Positions 12,325 through 25,479 are shown, counted from the first letter of the stretch. The stretch: DNA of 64,000 bases from Eledone cirrhosa (GCA_964016885.1 OZ024747.1:66960001-67024000); one strand, 5' to 3'. Numbers and translations are program-made. The notes: a model not told the origin generated them from the letters alone.

Positions 12325-15300
12325 ATGTTTCTTTTATTTGCAACCAGGGCATCAAAAGTGGGACAAGTACAATGGGGGGAGTTTACAAAACAAGGCGTCC
12401 TCAATAAGGAGGAGGCAATAACAAAATATAAAAATAAAATAAAATATAACAGAATAAAATACATAACAAAATCCTCAATAGAGAGGAGGCGCCTTGGGGG
12501 TCGCACACACCCCCGAAAAAAGTGTGCAACCCATTTCCTCAGGAGCACAGAGAAGGGGTGCTCCCTTGGTCTTTCATCTTCCTCACCTATAGTCTGATGT
12601 AGAGTGAAGGCCCATTCATACGGGCCATTCTCGCCACTTTCACCCATCTTTCATAAAAACGGCTGGGGTGCAGCACCTCTCTCTCCATCCTGATCCTTCT
12701 TCCGAAATGATATCGGAAGAAACGGACCAGTTGTTGGCCAGAGAGAGAGGTGTCTGACCTCAGTCCTTTCAGACGCGTCCACCATACAACCTCTTTTGCC
12801 ATGGCTATTACGCACAGAAACACCGCCTCTCCTTCGTTTTTGAAGAGGGGAGGCGGCTTGATCGTTACAATAGACTCGGTGGTCAACCGGATCGGTCCCA
12901 ACTTTGACAGCAGTTGTTCGACATAGCCCCACAGATCAGCAATGCCCGAGCAGTGTACCGATGCGTGTGCAACGGTTTCCTCGTCGCACACGCATCTGGG
13001 ACAGATCTTTTTCGAGGGGTCCCTACCCGGGCGCCCGTGTCTGTAGAGCCTTTCTCGAACGGGCAGAGCCCTTCTGTAGCACTGCCAGGCCAGGGACCTC
13101 TGGAAGTTATCCATGGGTCCCGGGCTGAATGTCCTACCGAACAGGTTGGCCAGTTCGTCTTCCTCCATGCCTAGGGCTTCTCCGAGGGCGTCGTCGCACC
13201 TGCTAACCACCAGCCCTCTATAGAATGACGAGGTGGATTCTCCACTGACAGTCGGGTCCGCCTGCCAGAGAGCCGTGAGCGCCTGGGCACACTCGGTGTG
13301 CCAGGCGCCCAGTTTTCTCGGTCTTTGCTTGACCCAGGATTGCAGCTCGGTGAGTGAGACGAGTCTGGGAAAAGCTCGCCTCACAAACGGGGCCCACGCC
13401 GGTTGACCGGAGAGGAATACCTGGAGGTGCCGTAGCCTTAATGCGTGTTTACGTATCATTAGCCACGGCATCCCCAGCCCTCCTTTCGAAGGGTGTTGAC
13501 AGCAGATGGATCTCCTCACCATAGGAGCCCGCTTCTTCCAAAGGAATTGGAAGAGTGCGCGCTCCATTTTGGCGAGCGTTTCCCTTGGGCAAGGCACAAC
13601 GGTCAGGCGGTAGTAGATGACGGACGCTATATAAGTGTTCGCCACCTCCGCCCGACCTTTCAGGGACAGTTTGCACTCGGCCCACTTCTGGGTCAGTGCA
13701 AACACCCTGTTCGTTACCTCACCCCAGTTCTTCTCCACCTGGAGGTCTGGTCCGAGCCAGACCCCGAGCAACTTCACCGGGCCCTCCGTCCAGCGCCCGA
13801 CGACGCCATCGGAGGGCATCGATCTGCCCCTCCACGTGCCGAGTTGCAGACCGATCGACTTGTCCCGGTTCAGCTTAGCCCCTGTAAACCTTTCGCACTC
13901 CTCCAGTAAGGTGCCGATCGCCCCGATTTCCGAGGCCGTAGACACCATTACTGTTACGTTGTCGGCGTAGGCCGACACCGCTTTCCGCAATCCCGGTTCC
14001 AACGGGATGCCCTGCAACAACTCCAACTTCCGCAGCAGTGGCTCTAGAGTCATTACAAAGAGAAGGGAGGAAAGAGGGCACCCCTGTCGGATGGACCGCG
14101 CGATTTCGAACGGCTCCGAGAGGTAGCCGTTCACCTTGACCCTAGAGCAGATGCGGTTGCTGTGCATGGCATTGATCCAGCCCCTGAAAACGGGTCCGAA
14201 GCCTGCCGCCACTAGCACCGCATCCAGGTAACCATGGTCGACCCTATCGAATGCCGTAGATTGATCCAAGTTGATCAGGGCTCCACCAAAGCCGGGTTTC
14301 GTTCCCAACCCTCTCTATGATGTATCGCATGAGGTCGAGGTTGTCGTGGATGGACCTGGACGGGATAGCACATGTCTGCGCATCTCAAACCAGGTTGCCC
14401 ACGACAAGCGCCAACCTCTTTGCTAGCACCTTGGCCAAAATCTGTAACTCTGTATTTAGCAGAGTTATGGGCCTGAAATTACTTATATCGTCCCCCTTGT
14501 TCTCGTCCTTCCTCACTAGCGTGACTACGCCCTTGGTCACAGCACAGGGAATTCTCCCGTTCTGTTGCCAGTTGCAGTAGACTGCCTCGAGGAGATCGGG
14601 GAACAAGTCCGGCATAGCTAGATATAGTTCGTATGGAAGACCATCGAGACCTGGGGATTTGCGTTTGCCGCATTGGCTCAGCACGTCCTCTATCTCAGCG
14701 GCTGAAATCGGCTCCTCGCAGGACTTCGCCTCCCTGTCCGAGAGACGCGGCAGGCCGTCGAGGTATGGACCGAAGTCCACATCCCCAACCGGCTCCCTTC
14801 CCCTTCCGAACAATCCGGCAAAGTGCTTTTGAAAAGCCTCGCACATCTGCTTAGGTTCAATGATCACCCGTCCATCCTGGTCTCGCAAAGACCGGATAGT
14901 GGATCTGCTCCCTCTTTTGGCTTCTGTCACGCGGGCCCAGCTAACAGCTTTGGTCCCCTCGTTTCCCAGAGCACGTATTTTGCTTCGGACGATGCAGCCT
15001 TCGTGTTTCGCGTCGAAGAACTGGCCCAGGGCCGTTCTCGACGCTAGCACTCTGGCCACGTCGCCGCTTCTAATTGCCTCTTCTACACTATCTACCAACT
15101 CCCTTTCCTTCCTATTTCTATTTGAGGCTAACTCCTTACTAAATTCTATAGAGACTACTCTAATCTCTATTTTGAGAGATCCCCACCACCTGCTGTTGAC
15201 GATGGCGCCCGTCAACCGCTCCTTAACTAAAGTGCTAATCCGGTCCCTGTAAGCCTTACTTGCCGGTAAGGACAAGTTGAGCTTCCAGTAACCGGGTCCC

Positions 15301-17185
15301 TGTCTATGAGTTCTGTCAAGGTTGACCATGCAGGTCACTAACTTGTGGTCTGAATAGCCAACCATACGCATTTTTGGACAACTTAAAAAGTCCTTATCCT
15401 TAATTCTAACTAAGAACCTATCTAGGTACGACCTAGATGATCCGCTACGATTTGCCCAAGTCCAGGTTGGCGCAGTCGGAAAATTTAGTCGATATCTATC
15501 GGCCAGATCAAATCGACCGATTAACCCTTTGAGGCTATTACACCCCTCTCTATCGGGACAGGCCCCTACGTAGTCCCAGCGTGCATCTAGGATACCATTC
15601 CAGTCCCCCACTAATAGCAAGGAGCGGGACGTCCCTAGAAAAGTCTCCAGACGACGGAAGAAGTCCGACCGCATTGACCCGAAAGGGCCGTAGGCGGCTA
15701 CCAACCTAAACGCTCTGCCTTCACCACTGCCAAAGTCCAGAACCACTAGTCGACCCTCCGGGTCCAAGTGTACCATCTGTGTTGCGAGACCCAGATGTTT
15801 TTGCAGCAGAACCACAACCCCACCCCCACCTCCGGGCTGACAGAGAGATGCGTACATCTCAAAGTCATCAAAGGTGGGGGCCAGCTGTCGCACGTTGCTG
15901 ATCCGGGCCTCGCAAATAACCATCACATCTATACGTTGTGACCTGAGGTCATTTAGAAGCATTGCTTGCTTCCAAGTTGAGCCCAGGCCACGCGCATTTA
16001 AACAGCCTACTCTTAGCATAGCCATGTTGGTGGTGAAGAGAAAAGGCACTTACCTCTCTGCGTCCCGGGTATCGGGCTGCACAATTTCCATTAGGGTGGG
16101 GGGGGGGTTGTGGAAGTGTAGGGGCATCAGTGTGTTGTGTGGTTGGGGTGTTTGGAGTTGTGTCGTTGTTTGGGGAGGGGTGGGGTAGTTTTTTAGAAGG
16201 ACGCGGTTAATGGGCCCGACGCAGGGGAGACCCACGTCCTCTTTAAAGTTGTTTTTTAGAGTTTTATAAGTGTCCTGTGGGGCCTTAATCATTTTGAGGT
16301 GGGGGAAATCCCCTGCCTGGGTGAAGTTAGGCCCTTGGGTTTTTATTGTATTGTTGTTGTACACAATGTTTAACAGTTTTTGGTTTCTTGTGTTTATGTA
16401 TGTGTATGCATGTTTTTGTTTTTGTGTGGTGTTTTTTGTTTGCTGTTGTTGTGAGCTCTTTTGTGTTGGTGTCAGTGTTATGTTTTGGGGAGGGTCGTTT
16501 TCATTTGTGTGTCTGAGGTGTGTTTTTCTTTTTTTTCTTTTGATTGTGTGGAAGTGCTCCTCCTCGTCTGACGACGAACTAGGGTCATCTTCCGCGTTGG
16601 AGGGGAGGGGTATATTTTCGGGTTGTGTTTGCGGTGCGGGTGTTTTGGAAATTGTTTTTTTTTTTAGTGGGGAGGATGGGTTGGACATTGTTTTGTTTTG
16701 GTTTGAGCTGTGGTTGTTGTTTTTGTTGTGGTAGTTGTGGTGATTGTGTTGGTTGTGCAGTTATTGGTGGTGTAGGCAGGATTGGGGTTTTCTTATTAAG
16801 TTGGGGACAGACAGCCCTCAGGTGACCTCTGGTTCTGCAGAGGTAACACGAGGGCCGCCTACCCTCAACGGTAATGTTGATGAAAGTTTGATCATCCAGT
16901 ATGACGCGTTCAGGGATCTGGGCGATCCTTTCGGGCCTCATTTGAACTACAAGTTCGAGGCTCGTTCCACTGAACGCGTCACCCGATGCCTTTCCCATGG
17001 ACACCAGCGTGTCATCATCCAGGTTCAGGAAACCTGTCAAAACCCACCATATGTCCATAATCGGCAGGATGGTGTGGATTTTTATTTTTTGTGTTCTTCA
17101 ACCCATGTACGTAGGGTAGAAGGTGTATGCGGTGGATGTGATTGGTTTGATGGACAGTTTCACTGCTGCGTCCCTGTCCTTCATG
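12325..17185 (-). mobile_element. Near full-length Tx1-type (L1 group) LINE, family A, disrupted
   Basis: ORF1 zinc knuckle CYLCRTRGHLRAVC; ORF2 APE domain (LNARG, GDWN, YLDR, SDH), GYWKLN, KSPGLDG, NFRPITLLN, RQGCPLS, CPRC..ET..H...C; frameshifts; flanked by (GATA)n on both sides. Confidence 0.92.
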
Positions 17186-17269
<84 letters not shown>

Positions 17270-17579
17270 TTAATATGTTGACATTCCACAGCTACTTGTA
17301 CCATTAAAGTAATTCTCTGGCACAGTCAGTGTGAGAAAATGTGTGTGACAATCATCAGGACCTTTAAATAACAGATACAATCCATCAGCACCGTTTTCGG
17401 TTACCCAGTATCTTTTACAAGACCACGGTCAGCCCAACGTTTTATTAAATCTCAAGTTTATGAATGAAGCATCTTAAAGACTCTTCCGTGTTTGCCGAGA
17501 CTTCGAAGTAACTGTCGTCTAAGTATATACGCATGTGCATAAAAGACTCTTTCAACCCCGTCGGGGTCTTGAACATTTT

Positions 17580-17688
<109 letters not shown>

Positions 17689-18019
17689 CGAGAAGGTGAA
17701 ATTGGAAATAGCACGGAAAATATATTTAAGGGTCTGTTTTTCTTTTTTCTTTTTTTTCTTTCTTTTATTCATCATTATTGAAAAAATGAGAGGGGCGATT
17801 CTTTTAAAAAAGAGTTTTATAATGTATATAAAGTATATAAAGTATATAAAGTATATAAAGTATTACCGGTTTCGATGTATTAGTAACATTCATCTTATCA
17901 AATGTTGAGTATTACAATTATTACAATTAAAAAAAATTAATAAGAATTATAAATTAAAAATTAAAGATTCATAATTAAGAGGCAAGTTTTTTTCATATTC
18001 CTTGTTGAGAAGGAGACTG

Positions 18020-18060
<41 letters not shown>

Positions 18061-19013
18061 CACATGTGTACACACACGCATATATATTATTTATATATTT
18101 AATCAATTTAGATATCCTTCTCTAGCTAGTAAACAATAAGAGACTACGGGGTGTGTTTCATATCCTTTACTGTTAAGAAGCGATGAAGAGATATGAGAAC
18201 GAAACTGAAAAGACAATGGCAGCTATAAGGTTTCTCTTGCAGAAAGATCTTGTTTGTAGTACGATTTTAAACAATATATTGTATCTATCTTAGTGTTTAT
18301 AATGACCACCTTCAAGATGTCTTCTCTCTCCAAGACTGGTAGTTTCTGCATTGAATGAAATAGTGCCAATGAGGTTTAGGGCTGTCCCTACACTCTGCGC
18401 CATACCATGTATCGAGAGTACTCTGTTTTGTGGTTGTGGTCTTCCCGGTTCCAGTATATATATATATACGTGTGTGTGTGTAATGTACGAAGCCAAATTT
18501 GTGGCTTTTTGAAGCGCTGAGAATATGTGTATATATAAGTATAAAGAAAGTGCTCAAGCGCAGAATGCTATAAAGATAGCTTATAAAATAGGGTGAAAAC
18601 CCTTAAAAGATGGAAAAAGTAAGTTGCGATCGGCCGCTATGACGCATTGAGACCCACATCTTCCAGTTAGCCATCTAATTAGATAATGGTCAGAAAATTT
18701 CAACATATGATATAAATAACATGTACATAAATTGTAACACATAACCAATTATATATGTTTTGGTTGATTGGGGAGAAAAATATAATTATTGTATTGCCTT
18801 ATCTCCTTAAAACTTACTTCAAACAACGTGCCAGCGGACGTCAGGCAGACCGGTCGACACGCATGGATACGTACGACAACTTGGCCGAGATGGCGATAAT
18901 AGCCGCTAGATTCTAAGAGGCTCCAGCTGTGATCTGACTGAAAACAACCCAAGTGAATACAGTGAAATACCACCATGAGAGAATTTGTGGTAGCATATAA
19001 GAAGGAATCGTAA

Positions 19014-19202
19014 TAATTGTTTCTACTTTAGGCACAAGGCCAGCAAATACCTAGTGCATTACTGGTACTTTATTTTATCGACCCCGTAAGGCTGAAAGGC
19101 AAAGTTAACCTCGGCGGGATTTGAACTCAGACCGCAAAGGGACGTAACTAGGCTGGAAAGCATGGCGTCCGACCCTCTACCGATACTGCCAATCCACCGC
19201 CC
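19014..19202 (-). mobile_element. tRNA-derived SINE, full length
   Basis: On the minus strand: A-box tggcagtatcgg, B-box gagttcaaatc, central gcctttc..ccttacggggtcgataaaataaagtaccag, tail agaaacaattatta. Confidence 0.88.
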
Positions 19203-19253
19203 TGGAATCCTAATAATATTCAACCACTCTCAAACGCGAGTCTACATGTTAAA

Positions 19254-19338
19254 ACATATCTGACGAGCTTCAGATTCCAGAGTCAGGATCATTATAGATC
19301 ACTCCCCCAGTTGATCGACAGTGAAACATGTAATATGT
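19254..19338 (+). ncRNA. Type I hammerhead with expanded stem II
   Basis: acatat-CTGACGA-[56 nt, gct...agt]-GAAA-catg-TA-atatgt; 6-bp perfect stem I. Confidence 0.72.
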
Positions 19339-19417
19339 AATAAAATATATATATGATGCAACATTGATTCTTTGTTCCCTTATTTATTAATACTATATAT
19401 GTATGTGTGTGTATGTA

Positions 19418-19454
<37 letters not shown>

Positions 19455-19494
19455 AAAAATGGAACGGGAACAAAACAGAGAGGCAGTACGAACA

Positions 19495-19531
<37 letters not shown>

Positions 19532-19545
19532 ATTTATATATATAT

Positions 19546-21401
19546 TGTAGTGACCTACAATCCGCGGGCTCACATACATTCTCTGTGCGTGATTTGGCTC
19601 AGCTCAGCCAATCATCGCCAGGAGAAGAGGATGTATCCCTACGCGTCCTGAGGGAGAAATAGCCCGCGAAGATTTGAGGAATCTCACTCTTGCAGCTCGA
19701 CCGCGCTAAGGTAAACAACTACTTTTCTTTCGCAGTGAAATCACTAGCCAATATGTAACACAAGAATTTAACCACGGCCTGACAACACTTAAACAGCCAG
19801 TAGCCCGTGTCTTTCTGAAATCTTAATAACGTTTGTTTTATTTCTCTTGGCATGCCAGCTCAACCTTTGTTAATAAATAATGTAAAACATGCTAAAGTCG
19901 TTGTCCATATTCCTATCATATCTTTCTACCTTTCGGCAATGGTTCCTCGTGGCAACATTATAACTCTCTAAATACTTTTCTGCTAAACTGGTGACCGACG
20001 TAAGAATTTTACGCAGCCTTTTTCTTCAATGCAGCTTACGAAGATACAAAATATCCCTTTTAAAATTGTAAAAAAATTAGTAGTATTTCGAAAACTTTTC
20101 GCCACGAGGAAATTTCAAAATGGCTACCGACAAGTCTTGTCTACAATCAACAACGACAACAGCAGCAGCAGCAGCAGCAGCGACAACATTGTTTAACCAC
20201 TAACCAACACCAGGGAACGGCTTGTAACTTTGCCGACGCAACCACCATACCTTCTGTCTCGTTACCACAAGGACTTGAGAAATTAAGACATTAGTTTTCT
20301 CACCATTATGGCGTCAGAGGTGGCTGCCATATTGGTGACTCTAGGTTCTTCAACGCTAGACTTCGACTCTACAGAAGATTCATTGTGACTTTGCTTTAAC
20401 AACAACAACAACTCTACTAGCTCCCTAGTAAGAGCGTTCCCAAAGAAAAAAGAAGCGAACTTTTTGTTAAAAGAAAAGAAACAATTCTTTCTTTCTTCCT
20501 TTTTTTTTTCAGGCATTTATTTTGGACATTTATTTTTCTTTAAACTGTATTATATGAAAATTAATTTCTCTCTATCATTGTATATGTGACCGCACGCACA
20601 CATTTTCTTTGCTGTATTACATGCCTGCATATATATACAGACACCAGCATGTTGTTGTCTATGGTGTGTGATCTTCAAGCGTCGTAATATTCTGCGAGAT
20701 CCCTTTTCACCTTCTGGAGGTACCAAAACATGCTATCGACACTTGCAGCTTAATTCACCTGCACCGCAACAAGAGAATGCAGCTGAACTCAAACAGTTTC
20801 GCATCTCGTTGTACATTCATCGTCCATAACAACCTCTATCTTGTTATCTTACCCAACTCACCGGGAAAACAACAAATAGAACTGGACTTGTCAGCATTTC
20901 CACCACTTCTGTGGATTCGCCCGAATTGTGGGACTGCAACCCACCTACAGATTCAGCTTGCTTTTTTTCTTATCAAAGCAACCAGCCATTTTTTCCTGGC
21001 TCCCTAGCACATTCGGCAATACATCTTGGAGGCCAACATTTTCTCGCCTACCCATCATCTTCCTGCCAGCACTGGTAAACTACCATAATAGCTTCGTCCA
21101 CAGCTACTGGTACAACACTTACCATTAACATTTAATGCAAGAACAGCAACTTCGCCTATGTCAGACTTTATCCGTTTTCTGTTAGACCTTTGGTGGTCAC
21201 GTATAAACTACAAAACGGCTAGTCATTTGACAGCGGCTCAACATGGCCCGTAGCGCCTCATTTTTTTTCTTGCATGCATCCTTCTGCTCAATTATTTTTT
21301 CACTGATGTGCTCTTTCAGCATTTGTTCTTGCTGATTCGATAATCTGTATCGACTTCCGTTTAGAAGGGGGGTATTGTAGTGACATACAATCCGCGGGCT
21401 C
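19546..21401 (+). mobile_element. Internally deleted Gypsy-type LTR retrotransposon relic (CsRn1-like)
   Basis: tgtagtgac(c/a)tacaatccgcgggctc at 19546 and 21376. The second copy is preceded by a polypurine tract agaagggggg (21363-21372). tggtgaccgacgt at 19989 resembles a tRNA-Trp primer binding site. Confidence 0.72.
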
Positions 21402-21464
21402 TTTAAAGCCATGTCAGTAGAATGATCCCCTCATTCTTGCTCTTGTGTTGGCATGTAACCAGAA

Positions 21465-21509
21465 CCGCCGACACTAATGTTTCTGGGTGATTACCCTTCA
21501 TCAGTGCAA
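21465..21509 (-). ncRNA. Type I hammerhead motif about 150 nt downstream of a calexcitin exon donor
   Basis: ttgca-CTGATGA-agggt aatc accca-GAAA-cat ta gtg-TC-ggcgg; stem I is imperfect. Confidence 0.68.
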
Positions 21510-21660
21510 TATACTTCTTACCTGCCAACTATCAGAGCTTGTAAAAATATTATTATTAATATTCGAAAAAATCAGATTACATATATATATAATAGAACAA
21601 ATTTTATATGTAAAATAAATGATAATATATCAAAAATATAAAATAAACAAATATACTTAC

Positions 21661-21758
21661 ATCAGAAAGAGTATCAAAAGCATTCTCGCAATCAGATTTG
21701 AGAATACCGTATGATGTGTACACGGTACTGTACTCATGTCTATCAATAATATTATCGC
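21661..21758 (-). CDS. cex: Calexcitin coding exon: (G)DNIIDRHEYSTVYTSYGILKSDCENAFDTLSD
   Basis: acag|gcgataat...tctgat|gtaagt; 98 bp, phase 1 to phase 0. Completes EF-hand 3 (DVNDTSGDNIID) and is in frame with the previous exon. Confidence 0.95.
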
Positions 21759-22195
21759 CTGTAACGAGATCAAAGGATTTAGGTGAGATCGATATTTGAA
21801 ATGATATCCTAGCAAGGAAGTGGTATCGATGACGGAACACGAGATAAGTGTACCTATGAGCTAAGTAATTAGATAGCTCAACAGTCTCAAATTGTTGGCA
21901 TCTCAGTACTATATGTGAGAAGTTGTGTAAAATATATTTTAATGACTATCAATGCTTTTAACTTGTGTGTATGTGTATGAGAGTGTGCGCATGCGTATGT
22001 ATATGCATGTATTTATGTGTGAATCTCTCTCTCTCTCTCTCTCTTTATCTCTCTATCTCTCTGTGTGTATATATATATATATATATGATGATGATATATA
22101 TATATATATACACACACACTCATATATATATATTATGCATGTATGTATGTGTATATATATATATATGTATATATATATATGTATATATTTATATA

Positions 22196-22250
<55 letters not shown>

Positions 22251-22252
22251 AG

Positions 22253-22381
22253 ATATTTCTGAGGATAAACTTTTGAATAGATTTTATCGAGGCTAATACT
22301 TTGGAATTTCATAGCAGCTATTGATTAGTAAGTTTATCGATAAAACTTATTTAGTCGCCCTTTGAAACGATCGTAAAACAT
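22253..22381 (+). ncRNA. Type I hammerhead with ~100-nt stem II
   Basis: atattt-CTGAGGA-[long hairpin including ttttatcga/tcgataaaa]-GAAA-cgatcg-TA-aaacat. Confidence 0.65.
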
Positions 22382-22745
22382 TTGAACATTTGATAATTAA
22401 ATACTAAAGATTGTGTCATGTTTGTCTTCGTTGTTCAACATTATATATAATAGTAATGAGTATAATCGTGAAACTTGTAGTGAATATATGTATATAATGA
22501 TAAAAGCTAGATATTCATAAGTCATTTTACAAAATAAAATTACTTATGAATATCTACCCTTCATAATTTTATCATTATTATACGTATAGTCAGTCATGAA
22601 CTACTCACACATAACCACACATCGTGTAAGGTTTCCTAAGGTTTCCTTGCAGATTCTGCTCAAGCTACAGTCATTTATATATATATATGAGTATATTGAA
22701 CAATGAAAATAAAATAGAAGTCGAAGATATATTGTTAAATCATTC

Positions 22746-22880
22746 ATTATTTTACGATCATTTCAGAGGGTTGATTGATCATGGTAGATCGATATATCGA
22801 CTAGCAGGTAGTGATTATGTAGCTCCCTATTTCTTGTCTCGAAACCCTTGATTTATCGCACCGTCTTCCTCAGAAACAAT
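22746..22880 (-). ncRNA. Type I hammerhead with ~100-nt stem II
   Basis: attgttt-CTGAGGA-aga[...]tct-GAAA-tgatcg-TA-aaataat; 7-bp stem I. Confidence 0.7.
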
Positions 22881-23811
22881 GAACTATGATTTTATTTCGA
22901 TATACATATAAAGCGGGAATGCGCGAGTCTGATATACCAATCGAGGAAGAAATAAAAATACAAAGATGCATAAATTAATGGCGAAGAAAATAGAAGTAGG
23001 AATAATTGACTAAGAACAATGGATAGGTTTGGCGTATGATAGATACATAATAACATAAAATAAAATTAATTTAAAAAAGGATAAGAAGAAGAGCATATAT
23101 ATAAACACAAGTAGATAGTAAGACCTTTTAAGAGTTATAAAAGTAGTGAATGGAAATACCTGGACGTATTGACATCTAACACCCTGCTTAGAGGACTATA
23201 AACGAGTTTACTGTCTTGTATGGTCAGATTTGAGTTTAACAAATTAACAGATTCGTTAGAGTGTTGGGTTAAAGATGCCTGAGTGGGGGTGGCATGAGAA
23301 CAGTAGTGATTTTTATGTGCCTCTGTGGAGCAATCTCGTGAAACTCGTAGTGAATATGGAATGCCTGAGTAGTGGTTTAATGAGACCTGTAGTGGTTTGG
23401 GAGTACGTAAGTAGAGGTGACATGAAACCAGAGAGCTCTGAAGAGCATAGACCGATGTGCAGTATGCAACACAAGGCAGTACTTGTAATGCTGTGAAATG
23501 TTTAGTTCATATAAGTAATATAAGAAAAGAATCTTTTTTTGTTGTTGTTTTTTTGTTTGTTCGTCGGTTTTTTTTTCTCTTGTTTTTTTTTGTTAACTGA
23601 TCGATCTGTCTATCACAATGGCTTCGTACTTTTTATTGAAATTACATCACTAACGACAGTGCAGTCAGTTGTGAATTTATATATTTAAGCAGCCAATCGT
23701 TGCAAACCAGTCCAGCATTAAAAAAATCACATGGAGATTTTTTTCTTAGAGATTCGTTAAATCTCATTTTTAAAAAAAATGCTTTTACATTGTTTCATTA
23801 TTATTACTAAT

Positions 23812-25441
23812 GTTAGTGGACGATTGGAACGATATCCTGGTTGCATGCTGGGGCTGTATGGGACAAGCAGATAGGGGAAGTAGATGCAAAAAACCCTCGC
23901 TAATCATCTGTCTGACAGTTACCAGCTGGATTTCCCAAATGTGCTAATATGGACATAGTTAAGTTGCATTGGGTCACCCAAAACGTATCTAAACACGATT
24001 TTCTGTAGGGAAATAGATCAGTCTAGTATAGGTTGTCCACAATTCAAAGTAGTCGACTACACAGATCACAAATCTGCGATCTGTGTTGTCGATCTGAACA
24101 TGTTGCTCCCGGCGCGCAGGGATTACAAAAACCGGACTAGTGAATTAGTTAACCGATCGTTGAAGGGGGCAATCGCCAATACAAGGTGGTGGTTAGTCCT
24201 GAAAAGGGCAAATGGAGTATAATCGATAAGGTTTAGTAAAGGAATAGCGATATAGAAAACTAGTCTAGAGGGAGAAATCGTTAGAAAGCTAGGAAGGGTG
24301 TTTAGGAAAGACATCACAGCCGACGTGCTGGCGGCGAGATTGGATCTCCGGCAATTCTTCAATACGAAACACAAAAGCTGCATTGTCAGAGCTATGGCGC
24401 GTGCTTTTCGAAACGATGGAGGAAAGCATTTTGATGGGCCCGAGTGGCGGAGGCGAGGCGTGGCAACAAAGACACAAAGGTCCAACAAATCCAGTACAAA
24501 ACAGATGTGTACGGTTTTACAGCGACATTTTGCGCAGAGGTTCGAAAGTAGTGGTGGGTTGGATCAAGGGATTGATTTTAGGACCTACATCGACAGCCTT
24601 CCATAGCTCTCAGTGAGGGAGGTGGAGTGTTACCAAAAGCTGATAACAGCCGATGAAATATGGGACGCGATGGCTAGCTGCCTGAGGAGCAAATAGCCTG
24701 GTTTAGATGATCTGCCCTATGAGCGTAATGCAAATAAGCTAGACTTGTCCTGTGACCTCTTAGCGGAAGTCTACCCCAACTGGCAAAAAAATGAGAAAAT
24801 CCCCAGTTGTATGAGCCGAAGGGCGGTGGTGCTGCTGAAAAAAGACCCGAATAAGGTGACAATATAAATAAGTTCAGAGTCATAAGTATTCTAAACGCAG
24901 ATTCCAAAATGTTGGCCGTGTTAGTGACGAGATTGGCGATTGTCATCGGTTGTCTGGAAGGGGAGATACAAACATGCGTACTTCCGGACAGATCCCTCTC
25001 TGAAAACCTCCACCTTATATGATACATTATAGAAAGGGTAGCTAAGTAACATGGCAGACAGGGGGCCCTCTATCAACTTAGATCAATGGAAAGCTTTCTA
25101 AAGGGTATACCATCAGTACATGGCGGCAGTTCTTAAATCAGCCAACTTCAGGTCTGTTTTCAGAGGATGCATCGCTGTAAGCCACAGGTAAATATGCTCT
25201 GTTGGGAGAGTGACAGGAACGTTCAATACCATGCACTCGCTCCGACAACTTTTCCCCTCGTGTTTCTGTTGTATTATTGAATCTCGACTCAATACTACAC
25301 AAATTGTAGAAGTTGAAAGGCATCGCACATGAACTAGGATATGGGAGATCGGAGTTTGAATATGCCGACGCCACCACCGCAGCTGTGTCAAGCAAAAAAC
25401 ATATTGAATTGATCGGCACCACTCACGGAGAATACGAAGCG
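23812..25441 (+). mobile_element. Old degenerate Tx1-type LINE internal fragment
   Basis: Aligns by eye with ORF2 of the 42644-47653 copy (GDWN, YTDHK, QFFNTKH, PGLDxLPYE, YAD); many stops and indels. Confidence 0.85.
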
Positions 25442-25479
25442 TTATATGTGAATTGAAATATTGAAAGATAGCTACAAAC

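Noticed and set aside
20309-20323. tggcgtcagaggtgg resembling a tRNA-Leu primer binding site
   Set aside because: No associated LTR boundary; the Trp-like PBS at 19989 fits the element better.
21522-21540. Minus-strand ag|ctctgatagttggcag|gtaag micro-exon
   Set aside because: 16 nt, frame-breaking with an in-frame stop, weak AAG acceptor, and inside a repeat unit.
21655-21718. acatca...tgatgt pairing suggesting a decayed hammerhead
   Set aside because: No core, and the segment is calexcitin coding exon.
23100-23510. Possible decayed Penelope GIY-YIG upstream of the 22746 hammerhead
   Set aside because: Only vague motif traces; too degenerate to call by eye.
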